A DNA stretch of 64,000 nucleotides from Selaginella moellendorffii. Its lineage: Eukaryota > Plantae > Lycopodiophyta. This document shows positions 23,598 to 36,627 of this stretch, in pieces. The translations under genes were made by a program, and so were the position numbers. The stretch covers positions 857,769-921,768 of the forward strand of contig NW_003314283.1 in the NCBI RefSeq assembly GCF_000143415.4, read 5' to 3'. Numbering within the stretch: position 1 is the first letter of the stretch; each line of letters begins with the position of its first letter. The notes below the pieces were generated by a model. That model was not told the DNA's origin, ran no database searches, and saw only the letters and a list, made by a program, of their open reading frames with translations.

Positions 23598-25470
23598 AAA
23601 AAATGGTACAAGTCAATTTTACCATCTACAATATTAGCGAATGGTGCTCCCGATGGTCGTTCAGAGGGTTTTGGTCGAGGAAACGTGAAGGGCGGAAATA
23701 CTCTCCTCTGCAATGTGGGGTCAATCGCATCCGATGGCGTGTGGGCACATGCCATTTCAGCTGTAGACTCTGGTACAACTGGCTCAACAGTGGCATGGGG
23801 TGGTTCCGATGGCGTGTGATCACATGCCATTTCAGCTGGTGCCTCCGTTGGCAAAGTGGACATGACCGAACAGGCAGCAGGGGCGGTGTAGGGAGGTTCC
23901 AACGGTGCGTAGTCAGACGATTGGGCACACGTTGAGTCCGTTGGAAATGAGGATACGACCGGCTCGGCGGCTAGGGCGGCCTCATGCCTGGTCACCGTCA
24001 GTTGGATACGTGGACAAGATTGACTCAGTGGTATGGGCAGCATCAAGTGGAGCGTGGTCAGTTTGCTTGGTGTTGATATGGATAGTAGCCTCCACCAGCT
24101 CTGATGACTCTTGCAAGCAAGTAGAGTCCACTGGCGGATCCATATGCATGTCCAAATATCTCCCTTCGATTGAGATGGTATCCTCCCTACTGGCTACTAA
24201 AAACAAACTCATTAGCACATTGAATCGACTATACTGTATTTACCATCAACTGCTATTGGGCGCACTGCTGATTCTGAAGGATTGGACATACGTTTCGACC
24301 CTTGCTTGGCACTATCCTTCCTCGACACTAAAGGCTAGAGTTTGTATCTTAATTCAACTGAATAATCTCTACTTACCATTTCTTTTGCGACTTACATGGA
24401 CAATGTTAGAAATGGTAAAAGGTTAGGAATGGATGTACTATTATTTACCTGATGGTTTGTCTTGTATGACCTTCCTCCGCTGCTCTTTGGCCACCTCAGG
24501 CTGGCCATCGTCGTCATCATCATCATCGTCGTTATTGTGATCGTCACCATTGTGAGGACCATCCAAGTCCTCTTCGTCCTCCTCTTCTTCGTCCTCCTCT
24601 TCTTTGTCCTCCTCTTCGTCCTTCTGCTCTTCCTGCTCATTATCTTTCTCTGGCTCCTCATCCCCCTCCTGCATTTCTTCCATAGGCTGCTCAAGCTGGA
24701 TGGCTTGTTTTTCCAGGACCATCTTGGGAAAATCATCTGGCCGAGTCTCCATCTCAAAATACAAGACATCCATAGCCTGTTTCAGTGCTTGACTTAGGAC
24801 CGTATCCTCACCCGACTGTCTTAACATGGTTTCTGCACGTTGTTGCACCCTTCGAAGACGACGAGATGAGAAAAACGTGGCCCTGACTTGAAAAGCATCC
24901 CTCATCCATTGTACCTCTCCATTGAGATTGGGGAAGGGGAGTCCGCCATAGGAATCTGAGTCAGGAGGTGGTGACTGGCTCCTTTCACTCAGCCCTTGAT
25001 CTGCAATGAATGGCATGAGCACACACGCCATAACCGCGAGGCATTACCTATCATTTTTTCGTTGCCCTTCTTCCTTTTCGAATCAAACGCCTCTGATCCC
25101 GACGACTGTCCAACGTGCTTTCGCTTTTTATGACCACTGTCAGTTTGAGCTTGGCTGGTGCTTGCCTGTTTTGCCTTTGAAGAAGTGTCTCCTGCACGGA
25201 ATGGCATGAGACCACACGCCATTGCAAATATAATTTGTACCTCCTTTTTTCCTATTGCTTGTCTGTTTGTCCTTCTTCGACGCGCCACCAGTGCACTTTT
25301 CAGTCCTCGTGTCTGAATATTCACAACGATCTATAATCAAAATGGCGTGAGGCCTCACGTGACCTTACCTTGTGCAGGTTGTGAGCTCAGCCTAACATCA
25401 GTAGCTGTTAACGCCGTTTCAGCATCTGGGGGTGGCCACGCTCCTGCATACAGAGCTTGTGAGATAACAT
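23591..25470 (-). CDS. Low-complexity, acidic and basic exons of the Sola cargo gene(s); exact structure uncertain
   Basis: ORFs 24441-25031 (long D/E tract), 24989-25324 (KKRK NLS-like) and 23591-24046. Separated by short GT-AG introns at ~25000-25047, ~25192-25240 and ~25331-25368. Confidence 0.5.
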
Positions 25471-25476
25471 TTAAAC

Positions 25477-28045
25477 TTAAAGTGCGTACTCACCAGGTTC
25501 GCAGAGAAGATACAGTTTTTCTTTGGCAACTGTAATTATATGCTCCATTGAAGTCACCTCTTCAATGGAGTTTGTCACTGCAACACACGGGACACCCTTG
25601 AGTAGTGCGGCTCGAAAGAATAGTCCGCCGCAGTTGTACTCGACAACGCATTTGCCCTTGGTGTCACCCGCTATTGCGTTGAAGACCCAGCTGAGCATTT
25701 CCCATGCTGCACCTGGAGCTTTCTTTGGATTCGAAAGCTCCATAGCCGTCTTTAGTTCCTCAGACATTGGTAAATTGACCTCCCTCAGATCAATTCGATC
25801 GGCCTTGTCGAACGAAGCTGGGAAGTCACTCCAGTCCCACTCTGCTGCAGGACCAATAACAAGGGCGAGTGTGAAGATGCGGACATTCGTCAGTATCTTC
25901 TTCTTAGCCATTATCCCGCATCTACTTGCCTTTCAACTGAGCCTTCACCTCGTTCAAGGCCTTCCAGAACTTGTGATAGGATTCGGAGTCGTAGATCATA
26001 TAGTGGACTGAAGATTCCACCTCCGCAAGTCCCACCATTAAGTCAATGATGGAGCTGACTTCGTCTGCATGAGTGATCTCTTCGTTTGTGAAGTCCATCA
26101 CACAAAAGATGCTCTTGACCTGCTCATCTCCGCGGGAAACGATGCTCCTCCACCTTTGATCCTCATCCGAATTCACGTATACCCGGTAAGGTTCTCGATA
26201 GGCCTCTGCTACGGGGTCGAGCTGTTTCTGAAGCCGGCGGTCGACATCCCTCTTAATGAAATTTGGATACTGATCCAACTTCTCAGCTTTACTTTTCGTG
26301 GCATCCCGCAGCAGATCGATGAACTTGGGGGCCCCCTTCACGTACTCGTCGATGTCTTCATTTGACAAGTCCAGCTCTTCCATCATCTCTTGCGTGGTGT
26401 CGATGCTCACCCTCTCCACGGCCACTTGCTCGAAGATCCAATCCTTCAATAGCGCACGAGCTCTCAGAGTCGTGCACAAGTCCTCGTATGTCACAATATG
26501 GCCGGGAGTCATTTTGGTCTTGTTGAAGACTTCCTCACCACGTAGAAGAGCATTAGCCACTGTCAGAAGGTCGTCGTCGTCTAGAGACCGCGAGAAACGC
26601 AAGGCGTTGAGCTTCAAATCATTGGGCTTCCGGCTGTCCTCCACACCCATTGAGTTTAGCAACTCCCCGTCATGGTACCTCCTCAGCACATCTACCCATT
26701 TGTCAAAAACAATTTTTGTCACGAGTAGAATGTTATGGATGCTGAGTGTGTCATTGACCCCCAGTGTTTTCGAGAGAAGACTCGAGAATTCCTGCAATGG
26801 AAATGGCGTGAGGCCACATGCTATGCCACATGCAACGAGGCTTACCTGCCAGGCGCTAATTGCTAGTGCATGTCCTTGTCCTGGTTTTTGTGGCTTCTTC
26901 AATTGAACCCAGAGCTTCTGTGTTCGTGCCAATGTCTCGTGCAGACCCGATTTGTAGCACGTTTCTTGCTTGACATTCTGCACGTGGGAGATGGATATGA
27001 TAGATCGGAGGGGCGAGTTGCCTTTTATCAGGCGGACAACTCTTGTCTTGAAGACTTTCTTCACCTCCTCGCCCACCATAATATCCAGAACTATCTCTTG
27101 CATCGCCAAGCTAGAATGCTGCCCGGAGACGGCATAAAACCGAATGTTCTGATCGTCCAACACCTTCCTATTGATCAAGTTTGGAAACCTCGTCTCGCCC
27201 TTCATTGTTTGGTAGTAGGGGATCACGTCTGCGATGTCGGGTGTTACTGGACTTGCCAGCATCTTCTGCTTCAGTTTCTCCACCCACTCATCAGATACTA
27301 GCCTGTGGTTGTATTTGCTTTGGATGTCGATACGGCTCATGTCGATTGTATATACTTTGTTGGAATAGTAACAAGTACTATTATCTGCAACAATTTTTGC
27401 TGCCTCTTCTTGCTCTTTCTGCTCTTTGCAGCTCTTCTTTTTGGTGGGTGTAGTGTTCGAACCCGAGGCAATGGCATCATCGAGTAGCTTCTTTTTTGGA
27501 GCAGCAGAGTCGGACGTCGGCTTGAGCTTGACCACCCTTTTCTGCTTCGGGGTAGTTTCCAGATCGACCCCCTTCCCCTTCGCTTCGCGAACTGGAGGCA
27601 CTCTCAACGGCTCAATGTTGGAATATAGTTTTTGAACATCGCCGTAGGTGAGGTCCATGGATTCCATGTGATCTTCATAGACCCGCAGCGTCTTTGAAAT
27701 TGTGGGCCTCCTGGACAACCTCTCCCTAGCTCCCTCTAGGAATTCCTCATAGCCGCTGCCCCCCTCCGGGAAGCCGCTGGGATGTGCAAGGTGGATCTTG
27801 AAGGCGGACGTTGTCTCTACCACAAGTGCCAGTCCATATTCTTGCATGGAACTGCATGGAGTGTCTGTCACTTGGATGAGGATCCCCATGCATTCTTTTC
27901 TCCCACCATCTGTGTTGTACAGCCTCAGATCCTCGCCTTCCATCCCGAAAGTCCAACTGGTGAGCTCCTCCCCCTTCTCTGCATCCACATTGATAGTGGC
28001 TGGAAGAAGAACGCAATTCCTCGCCTGTTCAGAAATGCATAACAA
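25477..28045 (-). CDS. Cargo protein with ParB/Srx-like domain followed by a highly degenerate amino-methyltransferase-like region
   Basis: 707-aa ORF with IDMSRIDIQSKYNHRLVSDEWVEKLKQKML...FYAVSGQHSSLAM (ParB-like). In-frame intron at ~26793-26845. Downstream IFCVMDF and MLSWVFNAIAGDTKGKCVVEYNCGGLFFRAALLKGVPCVAV resemble MTase motifs IV and X-I-II. The link across 25912-25924 (frameshift or intron) is unresolved. Confidence 0.55.
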
Positions 28046-29854
28046 TTAGAGCTGACAGATGAAAAGCTAGCAGCTGGAAATAACGTGAGGCCACACGCCA
28101 TTCACCACTGCATCAGATGTCTTGAGGCTGCATCCTAAGATGGCGTGAGGCTACATGCCATTTGTAACCGGACTGCACTCGAGAGCCCAATCGGTGCATG
28201 CCAATGTTGCTACTGAATGGCATGTGGCCTTATGCCATTTTCTACTTGGCCTAAAAGACTTACCATTTGAAGCCGAATGGAGGCCGTGACAATCGAGGCC
28301 GGACTCGCTGGCGAATGTGCACTGTGTGTGCAGCGGATCGTAGCAGCAAGGCTACTCTGCCACTTACAGTTGGAGAGTGGCGTTGAAATCTCCCGGGACA
28401 CCAAGTGGGCTGCGTGTGGGTGGCGGAGTGGGCGGCGGAGTTGGCGGCGAAGTTACAAACTGGGTGTGTCTTGAAGTGGACGCCGATGCACACGAGCGCG
28501 AGTGTGATGCAAGCGCGAGTGGACGCCGATGCACACGAGAAATCTGTATAGAAGTGAGCGTGATCGCGAGTGGGAGCGCGATGCGAGCGGAAGCACGAGT
28601 GTGATGCGAGCGCGAGCGCGAGTGTGCGAGCGCAAGTACGAAGCAAAATGCAAAACCTAACCTCACACGCGCGAAATGTCACAACGGTTGGTAATCCCGC
28701 CACATCATCATTCCTCGGACTTGGGCGCCACCATTAATTTCTGGATTGCCGCGCGCATGCAAGCACGCAAAATCCAAAAGAAATCCGCAATGTCATCATT
28801 CCTCGGACTGCATGCACGCGAAATCCAAAAGAAAGATCATGATTGGGATATCATTTAATACCCTCACTATATTTATACCATGCATGATTGGATATTCCAA
28901 AGCATCTTGTATTTCCAAAAATGCCAGATGTTCAGCTAAATAAAGAAATTCTATCTGTTTCTATTTTTCTCTCAAATCAATATTATAGCGTGTGGGCTCA
29001 TGCAATTTTGAACCAAAGAAACCCAAAAAACGTTGGACCCAAAATATTTTGAAAAAACCCAAAAAACCCTAAACATTTTAAACCCAAAAATCTAGGTGTC
29101 CTGTGGCGTTATTCCTTGAATGGCGTGTGGGCGCATGCCATTTTCAAGGCCAAATGTTGAATGGAGAAAAATTCCCTTTCAGTGCAAATGCTGCAAGAGG
29201 CAGATGCCAAGCACAAAAGACTGTAACTACCTCACATGACATAGATAAACTTTTCTCTATTTGGCAAAAATAAACTTTATAGCGTGTGGGCTCATGCAAT
29301 TTTGAACCCAAAAAATGCACCAAAAAATTCTCGGCATCATCTGGCGTTATCTCTTGAATGGCATGGGGCCGCATGCCATTTTCAGGGGCACATAGGAGTA
29401 TATTCCTAGGATATTCTGACACGCGCAAGATTTTTTTGAGTTTTCTGGAGATCCAACCGTTAGATCGCAACTAAATTTTACAAAATGGTATACAATGTCT
29501 TTCTTGATGACCCTGCAAAGAAGCATCTCGATCGGACACCACATGAAACCACACGAGCCTTACAATGTTTCAAGGGCATTTGCCATAGATCCGACCGTTA
29601 TTTTGCTCCAAGATTTTACAGTTTGGTGTGCATTGACCTTTCCATCGACACTGCAAAGGGACATCACAATCAGATGCGGGATCACAAGAAACTAACTTCA
29701 CTAACTCTGATTTCACCAAGATCTACGTAAGGAGTTATGAAATGAAAGGACCCTCTCTATTGAAATGTGTTTATGGTTCTAGGGGCATTGTGACATATCA
29801 AAGGATTTTGCATCAAGTTCTATATTTGCATGTTTATCAAGCTACTGAATTGCT

Positions 29855-29879
29855 AAACCCTAAACCCTAAACCCTAAAC
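29855..29879. promoter_or_regulatory. Telo-box / plant telomeric repeat (AAACCCT)x3
   Basis: aaaccctaaaccctaaaccctaaa in the divergent intergenic region of the Sola-like element. Confidence 0.7.
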
Positions 29880-31100
29880 ATGTGGCAAATGCTGCGTGAA
29901 GAAAGATGCCCTTTCTGGGTAAATGCTGTAAGAGGCAGATGCCGAGCAGATGTATCTCAGGCTAGCGAAGGGGACAAACGAAAGCTAGCTATAAACATGA
30001 CGTGATGCAAATAGATTACTAGGCTGGTCCTGCGAAAATCAAAAACCATAATGGAAAACATTGAAAATGCAAAAAGAAAGGTTTATAATATTTTTGAATT
30101 TTAAGCAACCAAAGGAATGTAAGTAGGGCATGTGTTTGTAAGTTTAAAAATGCCTCAACCACTTAAATTCCTAAGTTACTAAAGCTGTTTCTATTTTTGG
30201 TATAGGTAAACTTTATAGCGTGTGGGCTCATGCAATTTTGAACCCAAAAATGCACCAAAAAATGCTCGACTAGCATTATTCTTTGAATGGCGTGTGGCCT
30301 TATATTGCCATAAATGGACGTACACACAGAGCATAATTATTCCTTTACACGGCAAATAATCTTGGCGCGGATCGCTGACATGGCATGGCAAAGTTCGAAT
30401 CACTGACATGGCACAGCTGGATCGAGGCAAGGACATGATGTGACAAAGTTCAACCTCCGACAGCAAAGTCTAGAAGCTACTCAGTTTGAAATTTGTCAGA
30501 GGAGTCATAAGATCTGGTTTGTCAGAGGATTTGATGTGACATTCAAGCGTGTGTTATTTTTGAATTCTCGAACTCATTTCTAGGTCTATCATTTTTGTGC
30601 GCCGTGTTCTTGGTTCCGCTGAGCGCAGTGAGTGCTGCTTGTGTAAGCGGCGTTGTGGGCTGTGGTTTATGCGTCTACGAGCGGTTGCGGCATTGCGAGC
30701 GCCATTGCGAGCGGCAGTTTATGCGAGTGGCAGTTTGTGCGAGCGGCGCTACGAGCAGTTGTGGTGTTGCGAGCGGCGCTACGAGTAGTTGCGGTGTTGC
30801 GAGCGGCACTGTCTTTGGTGTGGCTACCGCTTCCTCTTGATATTCGGCACTTGTGCTTCCTGGTATGTTCACCATGGAATGGCTTAGGACCACATTTAGA
30901 AATGGCATGAGGCCACATGCCATCTTGGGCCCTTGCAATTTCATGGCTAGCGTATTGTCATGTATGTTTTTACTTGCCTGCAGCTGTGTGTATATCAAGA
31001 TGGCATGAGGCCTCATGCCAATTTTGTGAATGCAAAATTTCACGTGGGTGTCAATAGCATGTTTGAATAATGGCATGTGGCCTCATGCTATTGAGGTTGT

Positions 31101-33356
31101 TTGGTATGTTATGATTTAGGCCATTCTCCAATCATTTTTTGTATGGTCTTAACTTCTTTTCTGCACTTTCAGAATGGCCTTCAGGGTTGGGGAAAAGGTT
31201 TACATTTTGAATGGTGGGAAGAGAGTTGCAAAAGGGACCCTTGTGTCGGTACGTACAAAACCAGGGGTCATGTTGTATATGGAGAGGCAATCTTCAAGAG
31301 GTTTGTCGAGACATGTAGCGAGCAGCAACCACATAAAACCCGCCTCTTGGAAGATGGAACACGAGACACCCAACGAGTTCTCGCTTCCATGTATACCAAG
31401 GGGGCCATATTGGAAGATGTGAATCGGGAACTCCAGAGTAATGACTACAGGAAGCTGAGCCAATCTAGATTTAGTAGATTGTGGAGCAACAGGTTCAGGG
31501 ATGTGAGTATAGGAAAGTACTCCAGCTTTTCAAAGTGTGACGAGTGCACTGCTATCAAAATGGCTTTGTCGAAGAATTCTTGCAGCGCTCAAGAGCGAGA
31601 GACGTTGGTTAGAAGGCGGCTCGACCACAACATCGAGCAGAGAAGCTGCAGGACTGCATATTATCATAACAGGATTCTCTCCATGGAGAGACCTGACTCT
31701 TACCTCTGCATCATCCACGACAAAATGGACCAAAAAAAGACGTGCTTACCTCGACTCAATCCTGGCCCCAAAGCAATCTCTTCATCCATGCAGCTGCCTG
31801 TGTCTCTGTTTGGCATAATCGCTCATGGGCATGGTGCCCAGAACTATGGGAACTTCTTTGTACCTCTATGGGGTGGCGGGGGTGCAAACATGGTGATTGC
31901 GTCCCTAGCAAAACACTTAAGGTCTCTGCAAAGTGCGCAGACTGAGCTGAACGGCCAACCCTTGCATAAGGCCCTTGTCGATCGAACCCCATACAGGGTT
32001 CAGTTGGAAGAGGAGCAAAGGCTTGTAGTATCGCGTGGGGCCCCATGCCATCCCAGTGAATATGTTGGCCGTCAGATTGTAGGGTTATCACGTGAGGCCT
32101 CATGCCATTCCGACGAGGCTGGTCGCCCGGTGAATGCACAGCCTCATCCAAACGAAGCAGAATCTCAAGGAAGTTCTTGCGGCCGATGTGGCCTTCCACC
32201 CCATCTTCTGCTCCAAACAGACAATGCTGGCAGTGAGAACAAAAACATGTACGTCTTCGCGTACTTGGCGATGCTTGTTGCCAAAGGCATATTTGAAACG
32301 GTTACACTTGGCTTTCTCATGGTTGGGCACACTCATGAAGACGTCGATGCCATGTTCAGTCACCTGGCAGAGTCCCTCCGGTGATCCAATGTCCTCACCC
32401 TCCCACAACTCTACGATGAATTCCAAAATTGCATCAAAGGCACTGTTGAAGCTGCACTTCTGACAGAGGTTCCAGACTTTAAGGGGTTTGTAAGAGGCTA
32501 CATCAGGGATGGATCCGAAATGCTGATTGGCCACTCCAAGCCTCTTCAGTTTCATTTCAGCATGTGTGACGGTGCTCCAGTGATGAGGTACAAGATGAGA
32601 GAATGGGACACAGTGTGGCTGCCAGTGGACGGCATTGAACTCTTCAAGAGAGATCCCATAACTGGGGAACCTATGATTCCTCAGGGTTCCCCACGGCCGA
32701 TGCACCCGGATGGACTCAAAGACCAGGAAAGTATAGTGGCCGGGATTAGACAGCATATTGCCTTCTGGAAGAGGGGGTTGGTGTTTGGTGGAGAATCCTA
32801 TTTTCAGAGGTGCAAGCCTTTGCTCGAATACTGGGAGAAGATTATATCTACTATCCAAAATGGGCCGGTTGTATATGAAGAATTGGAAGAGTCCTTTTGG
32901 CCAGAACCCAGAGCACCAGATGGTAGCGGAACAATGTCCTCTGGAAATGCAGTGACAGATAACGATGTTGAGGATCACTATTGTGGGCCGAGGAACAAGA
33001 AGCCAGATTCAGCATTCAATCCAGTACAGGTCTGCAAAGGAATGGTCGTGCTTGTCAGACCCAGTAATAAAAAACAAATGATATGGGTGGGGCGCTGCAT
33101 CATTGATGCAGAGGAGGACGCGGAAACTAACTCCTTCAATGTAACTGTGGAGTGGTTCAAGCCAAGTTCTGGATATACGAAGGATTACCTAGAAAAGAGA
33201 TGGGTGCTGAATCCAAGGGATCCCAGCATGAGCATATCGGTGGATAATGTTGTGCATGGTTGGATGCGGAAGCAGAGTGCCACCATCACCTTGCCAGACC
33301 ATGCAAGAGATGCAGCAAGAGCATTCATAACCCGGGTTCAAGGTGAGATTCATTAA
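31101..33356 (+). pseudogene. Sola1-like DDE/DDD transposase with one in-frame stop and a C-terminal SH3-fold (BAH-like) region
   Basis: FSKCDEC, IIHDKMDQKKTCLP, LLLQTDNAGSENKN and FLMVGHTHEDVDAMFS. ORFs 31101-32384 and 32520-33356 share a frame and are separated by TGA at 32382-32384 (probable CGA>TGA). The true 5' exon structure is uncertain. Confidence 0.8.
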
Positions 33357-33644
33357 TATTCCTTTACTAAGTTTCTAATGTATTTTATTTCAAGGTGAAC
33401 AATCCGAATCTGAATTAGAGGAGGCCTGATATAGTGTGTGAGGTAAAACAAAGATGATGTGATATATGCATTTACCAATCACACGTGCATAAATCTAATA
33501 ATATGGCGTGTGGCCCATATTAATGGCACATAAACCCATATTGTGGGCTTACGTGCTTTATGTACCATCATTCCCTTGCAGCGTGTGTGTTGGTTTCCTT
33601 TTATAACACAACGAACTCCATATTTTAGGGTGAAGAGCGTTCTC

Positions 33645-33902
33645 ATGGCAAGCACAAAATCTGTAAGTGAGGCAGAAAAGGAGACGGAGAAGGAGATAGG
33701 TGAAGATGTAGAATATATAAGTCTTCCAAACTCCCCGTACTATACTCCAGGTGATCATTTTTCTGAACAAACGGCAACATTAACAACTATCGAGAACGCC
33801 CCAGTAACGTCAGAGACAACAATCCAAAGCAAAACAACTGACCCGGAGAAGGATGATAGTACCGTTGAGAGTACCAAAAAGGAGGTGTCCACTAGCGCTT
33901 AG
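33645..33902 (+). CDS. Small S/T/E-rich protein with SLPxSPYYTPG motif (Sola cargo)
   Basis: MASTKSVSEAEK...YISLPNSPYYTPG...NAPVTSETTIQSK...STVESTKK. Homologous to 36628-36876. Confidence 0.6.
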   Translation: MASTKSVSEAEKETEKEIGEDVEYISLPNSPYYTPGDHFSEQTATLTTIENAPVTSETTIQSKTTDPEKDDSTVESTKKEVSTSA

Positions 33903-36627
33903 GCTTATAATGGCGTGTGCCCTCATGCCATTTACTTGATCACCAAATACCTTTTTCCCTTTGCACTAGTATATCTTAATACCGGTCTGAGAAATAGAAT
34001 GGCATGTGCCCTCAGGCCTTTTACTAAATCACCTTTGAAAGAAATGCAAGCCTCTATGTCGTAAAAAAAAGGTACTAGAGAAATTCCTTAATAATATGAA
34101 TGTTATTTAGTTTCATGAAAATACACTAAGGGTGGTCAAATGAGTTAAATGACTTCTCCAGACTAGCAATGCCTCTTGCTACACCTTCACAATTAGATTC
34201 GTTAGAAAAAGATAACATTGAATAATATCTAAATGTTCTCACCATTAAGTGATATGTCTGGCTAATAGGAATGACGTTCATCTTGGAAAGCTCACCACAC
34301 GCTCAATGAACAAACAAATAGTGTGTGCGCGCATGTCATCGCTCTTCTTTAGCTTCAGATTCGGCTTGTTCACTTTGACAATGAGATTTATTATACAACC
34401 AGATGGACTCAGTCTGGACATAAAGTCACCGCACTAGTCACCATGCCCCAAATATGTCTAGCCCCTGGACAAAAAACATATAATTTCACGTCATTTTCAA
34501 ATACTTGAAAATTTGTACCTAGTCCCATTTTACTGAATAAATCCCACTTTAACGAAATAGAGCATAAAGGGACTTGGTAGGGACCAGAACGGAGATATTG
34601 GGGAAGGCTATTCCCCATGTCTGTGGGCATCTTAAAGATGTTAAAAAGTGGATCTGGGGTGCCCACTCATGGACGAATGGCCCAGTCTTGGAGAGACGGG
34701 ATTGCAATGTAGATGGTGTTAGACCACCAATGTGACCAAGGTGAGTGGGCGTGGCCTAGCGTAACGGGCTGATATGTCAGTGGTACCTTGGGGTGTTGGT
34801 CATGGGATCGGACACATTGAGCACTTGGACCAAGTGCAAAGGTTGAGTGGCATGGATGCCATTCTTGGGGCTAGCAAACCCCAAGTCCTAACTGAGACTT
34901 ATGGAGGTTGTGAATGAGACTCCTCCAAGTGGTCGGATGTGCAATTAAATGACTAAAGTAAAATGGAAAAATTAGTCACTTACAACTTGGTATCAAAGCT
35001 GTTCCTTAGTCCGACTCTTATTGGTGGCCAAGTATATCACCACTTGTATTGGAATTGGAAGGTCTTAAGTATGGACCTATCCTCGAGGAGTAGCATGTCA
35101 AGAGGACATGGCTCTCCACTCAAGTTCATGCGTGAACTTGTGCGCAATGTGATGGATGGAAAAGGCTAGTAAGGGAATGATTTTGGGATATTGGGAACAA
35201 TATAAAGATTTCCTCAAAGAGTTGAGGATGTGATCCGGATGAGCGTTTGACGTAGCAAACGGGCTAATGTAGTTGTGGTAAACAACTATAGTTGGGATCA
35301 CGGGAAAGAGGCAGACTCCAAAATAATAAAGGAGTCACAAGATTACCCTTATGTAGTTGAGGCTGGTGCTCATAAGTTTGAGACCGCAATTGATGATTAT
35401 GGGAAGTCAAATACGGAAGAGGACACAAGTCCTTGAAATGGTAACCGGGGCTACCTTTAATAAATGTTGGAACAACCCAAGGAGTTGGGGGTGTACTTAG
35501 AGGATGAGTTGGTATTCTCATCACATGGACAAGTGGTCATAAGGGGCAAAAGGTTGCCCTTAGAGAATAAAATCAAGTGTCGGAGTAACACTTGCAAAGA
35601 TGGTCCTTGTGAGTAGGACGTGAATACAAGGAGTTGTATTCTAGTGAGCTGGCACCTCAAAAGTAGGACCTCATGGGTCGTCGGATTAGCAAAGTCCAAA
35701 AGTCTAATGATTCTAATAGAGTCAAAGAATAATCCTAAGGGATTGATGGAAGCATTTGGACTAAACTGTGTGGTGCCCCGAAAAGGATGGGGAGGATCTT
35801 GAGATCCAAGCATGAGAATAGTGTGTATCTCATTGATGGCAGAAGGTGCCATGCTAAAGTCATGGGAAGGAGTTTCCCGGAAGAAAACAACTTTGACGCA
35901 AAGTTGTGCATGAACTCTATGGTGCAGTGCTAATGGATAATTGGCATAAAAGACAACCATATTGGTCTTGGCAAAAAGACTTAGACACAAGTAAAAAGTG
36001 TCATAAAGGTGGAGCCGATGGTGTGGAGACACTAAATGTGCCAAGGTGTGCTGCCTTGAGGTCAAATTGGCAGGTTTATGATAACCCCTTCCAAAGGAAT
36101 CCCAATGGAAATGGGAATAACATAGCCTAAGCTAGAAGGCATGCAGTTAGAGTGTGGTGACCCAGATAATGATGGAGGTGTGGAAGCACCAGCAATGAAT
36201 TGGAGGACTTAACAACTATGAGGCAACTAAACAAAAGGTGCAAAATAATTGGTTAAACTGGTAGAAGGTAAGGGGATGGTCCAAAGTTGAGTTGAGCTCA
36301 TGAGTTGAGCTCAATTCAACACAAGTCAACTCAAGTCAACATAGTCAATAAGAAATATTACAAAGGAGATCTAAATTGAACAAATGAAGGTTCTAGCAAA
36401 CTTTAAAATATTAAAATACGTAAATATCTAAGTTAAAAGTTTCTATAAGATTGAATTGTTTAAAAAAGACAAAGTTCATGAGAACCTATCTTTTATAAAA
36501 CTATATTATTTTATTATGACAACTGTTACAGCTGTCATATTTGATTTGACTACTTAATATTTTGAATACTTTTATAGTTGTAGATACTATTCCTTCATTC
36601 AAAAGAGTTCTTAGGGTTCTTGAGAAG

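Larger units (their letters stand above)
22657..34020. repeat. Dispersed 22-bp quasi-palindrome ATGGCRTG-N6-CAYGCCAT, about 20 or more copies, confined to the Sola-like element
   Basis: Copies start at 22657, 23734, 23809, 25010, 25201, 25342, 26803, 28080, 28140, 28217, 29120, 29358, 30902, 30999, 31069, 32030, 32087, 33909 and 33998. Variants at ~28986, 29279, 30215, 30287 and 33502. Confidence 0.92.
22271..34565 (+). mobile_element. 12.3-kb Sola(1)-like DNA transposon with cargo genes
   Basis: 24-bp TIRs a(a/t)gctctatttcgttaaagtggga at 22271-22294 and 34542-34565. 4-bp TSD AAAG at 22267-22270 and 34566-34569, confirmed against the uninterrupted LTR1. The transposase has Sola1-type motifs. 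Confidence 0.85.
20995..34984 (+). repeat. LTR2 of copy A, split into 20995-22270 and 34570-34984 by the Sola-like insertion
   Basis: The LTR1 sequence ...gacagaaagggacttgg... is broken at aaag, and homology resumes at 34566. Ends TTACA at 34984, followed by a PBS. Confidence 0.85.

Noticed and set aside
32100-32978. 292-aa minus-strand ORF
   Set aside because: Antisense shadow of the Sola transposase with no recognisable motifs.
22657-34020. Palindromic repeats read as a CRISPR array
   Set aside because: Irregular spacing (tens of bp to kb), located in introns and exons, no cas genes, eukaryotic context.
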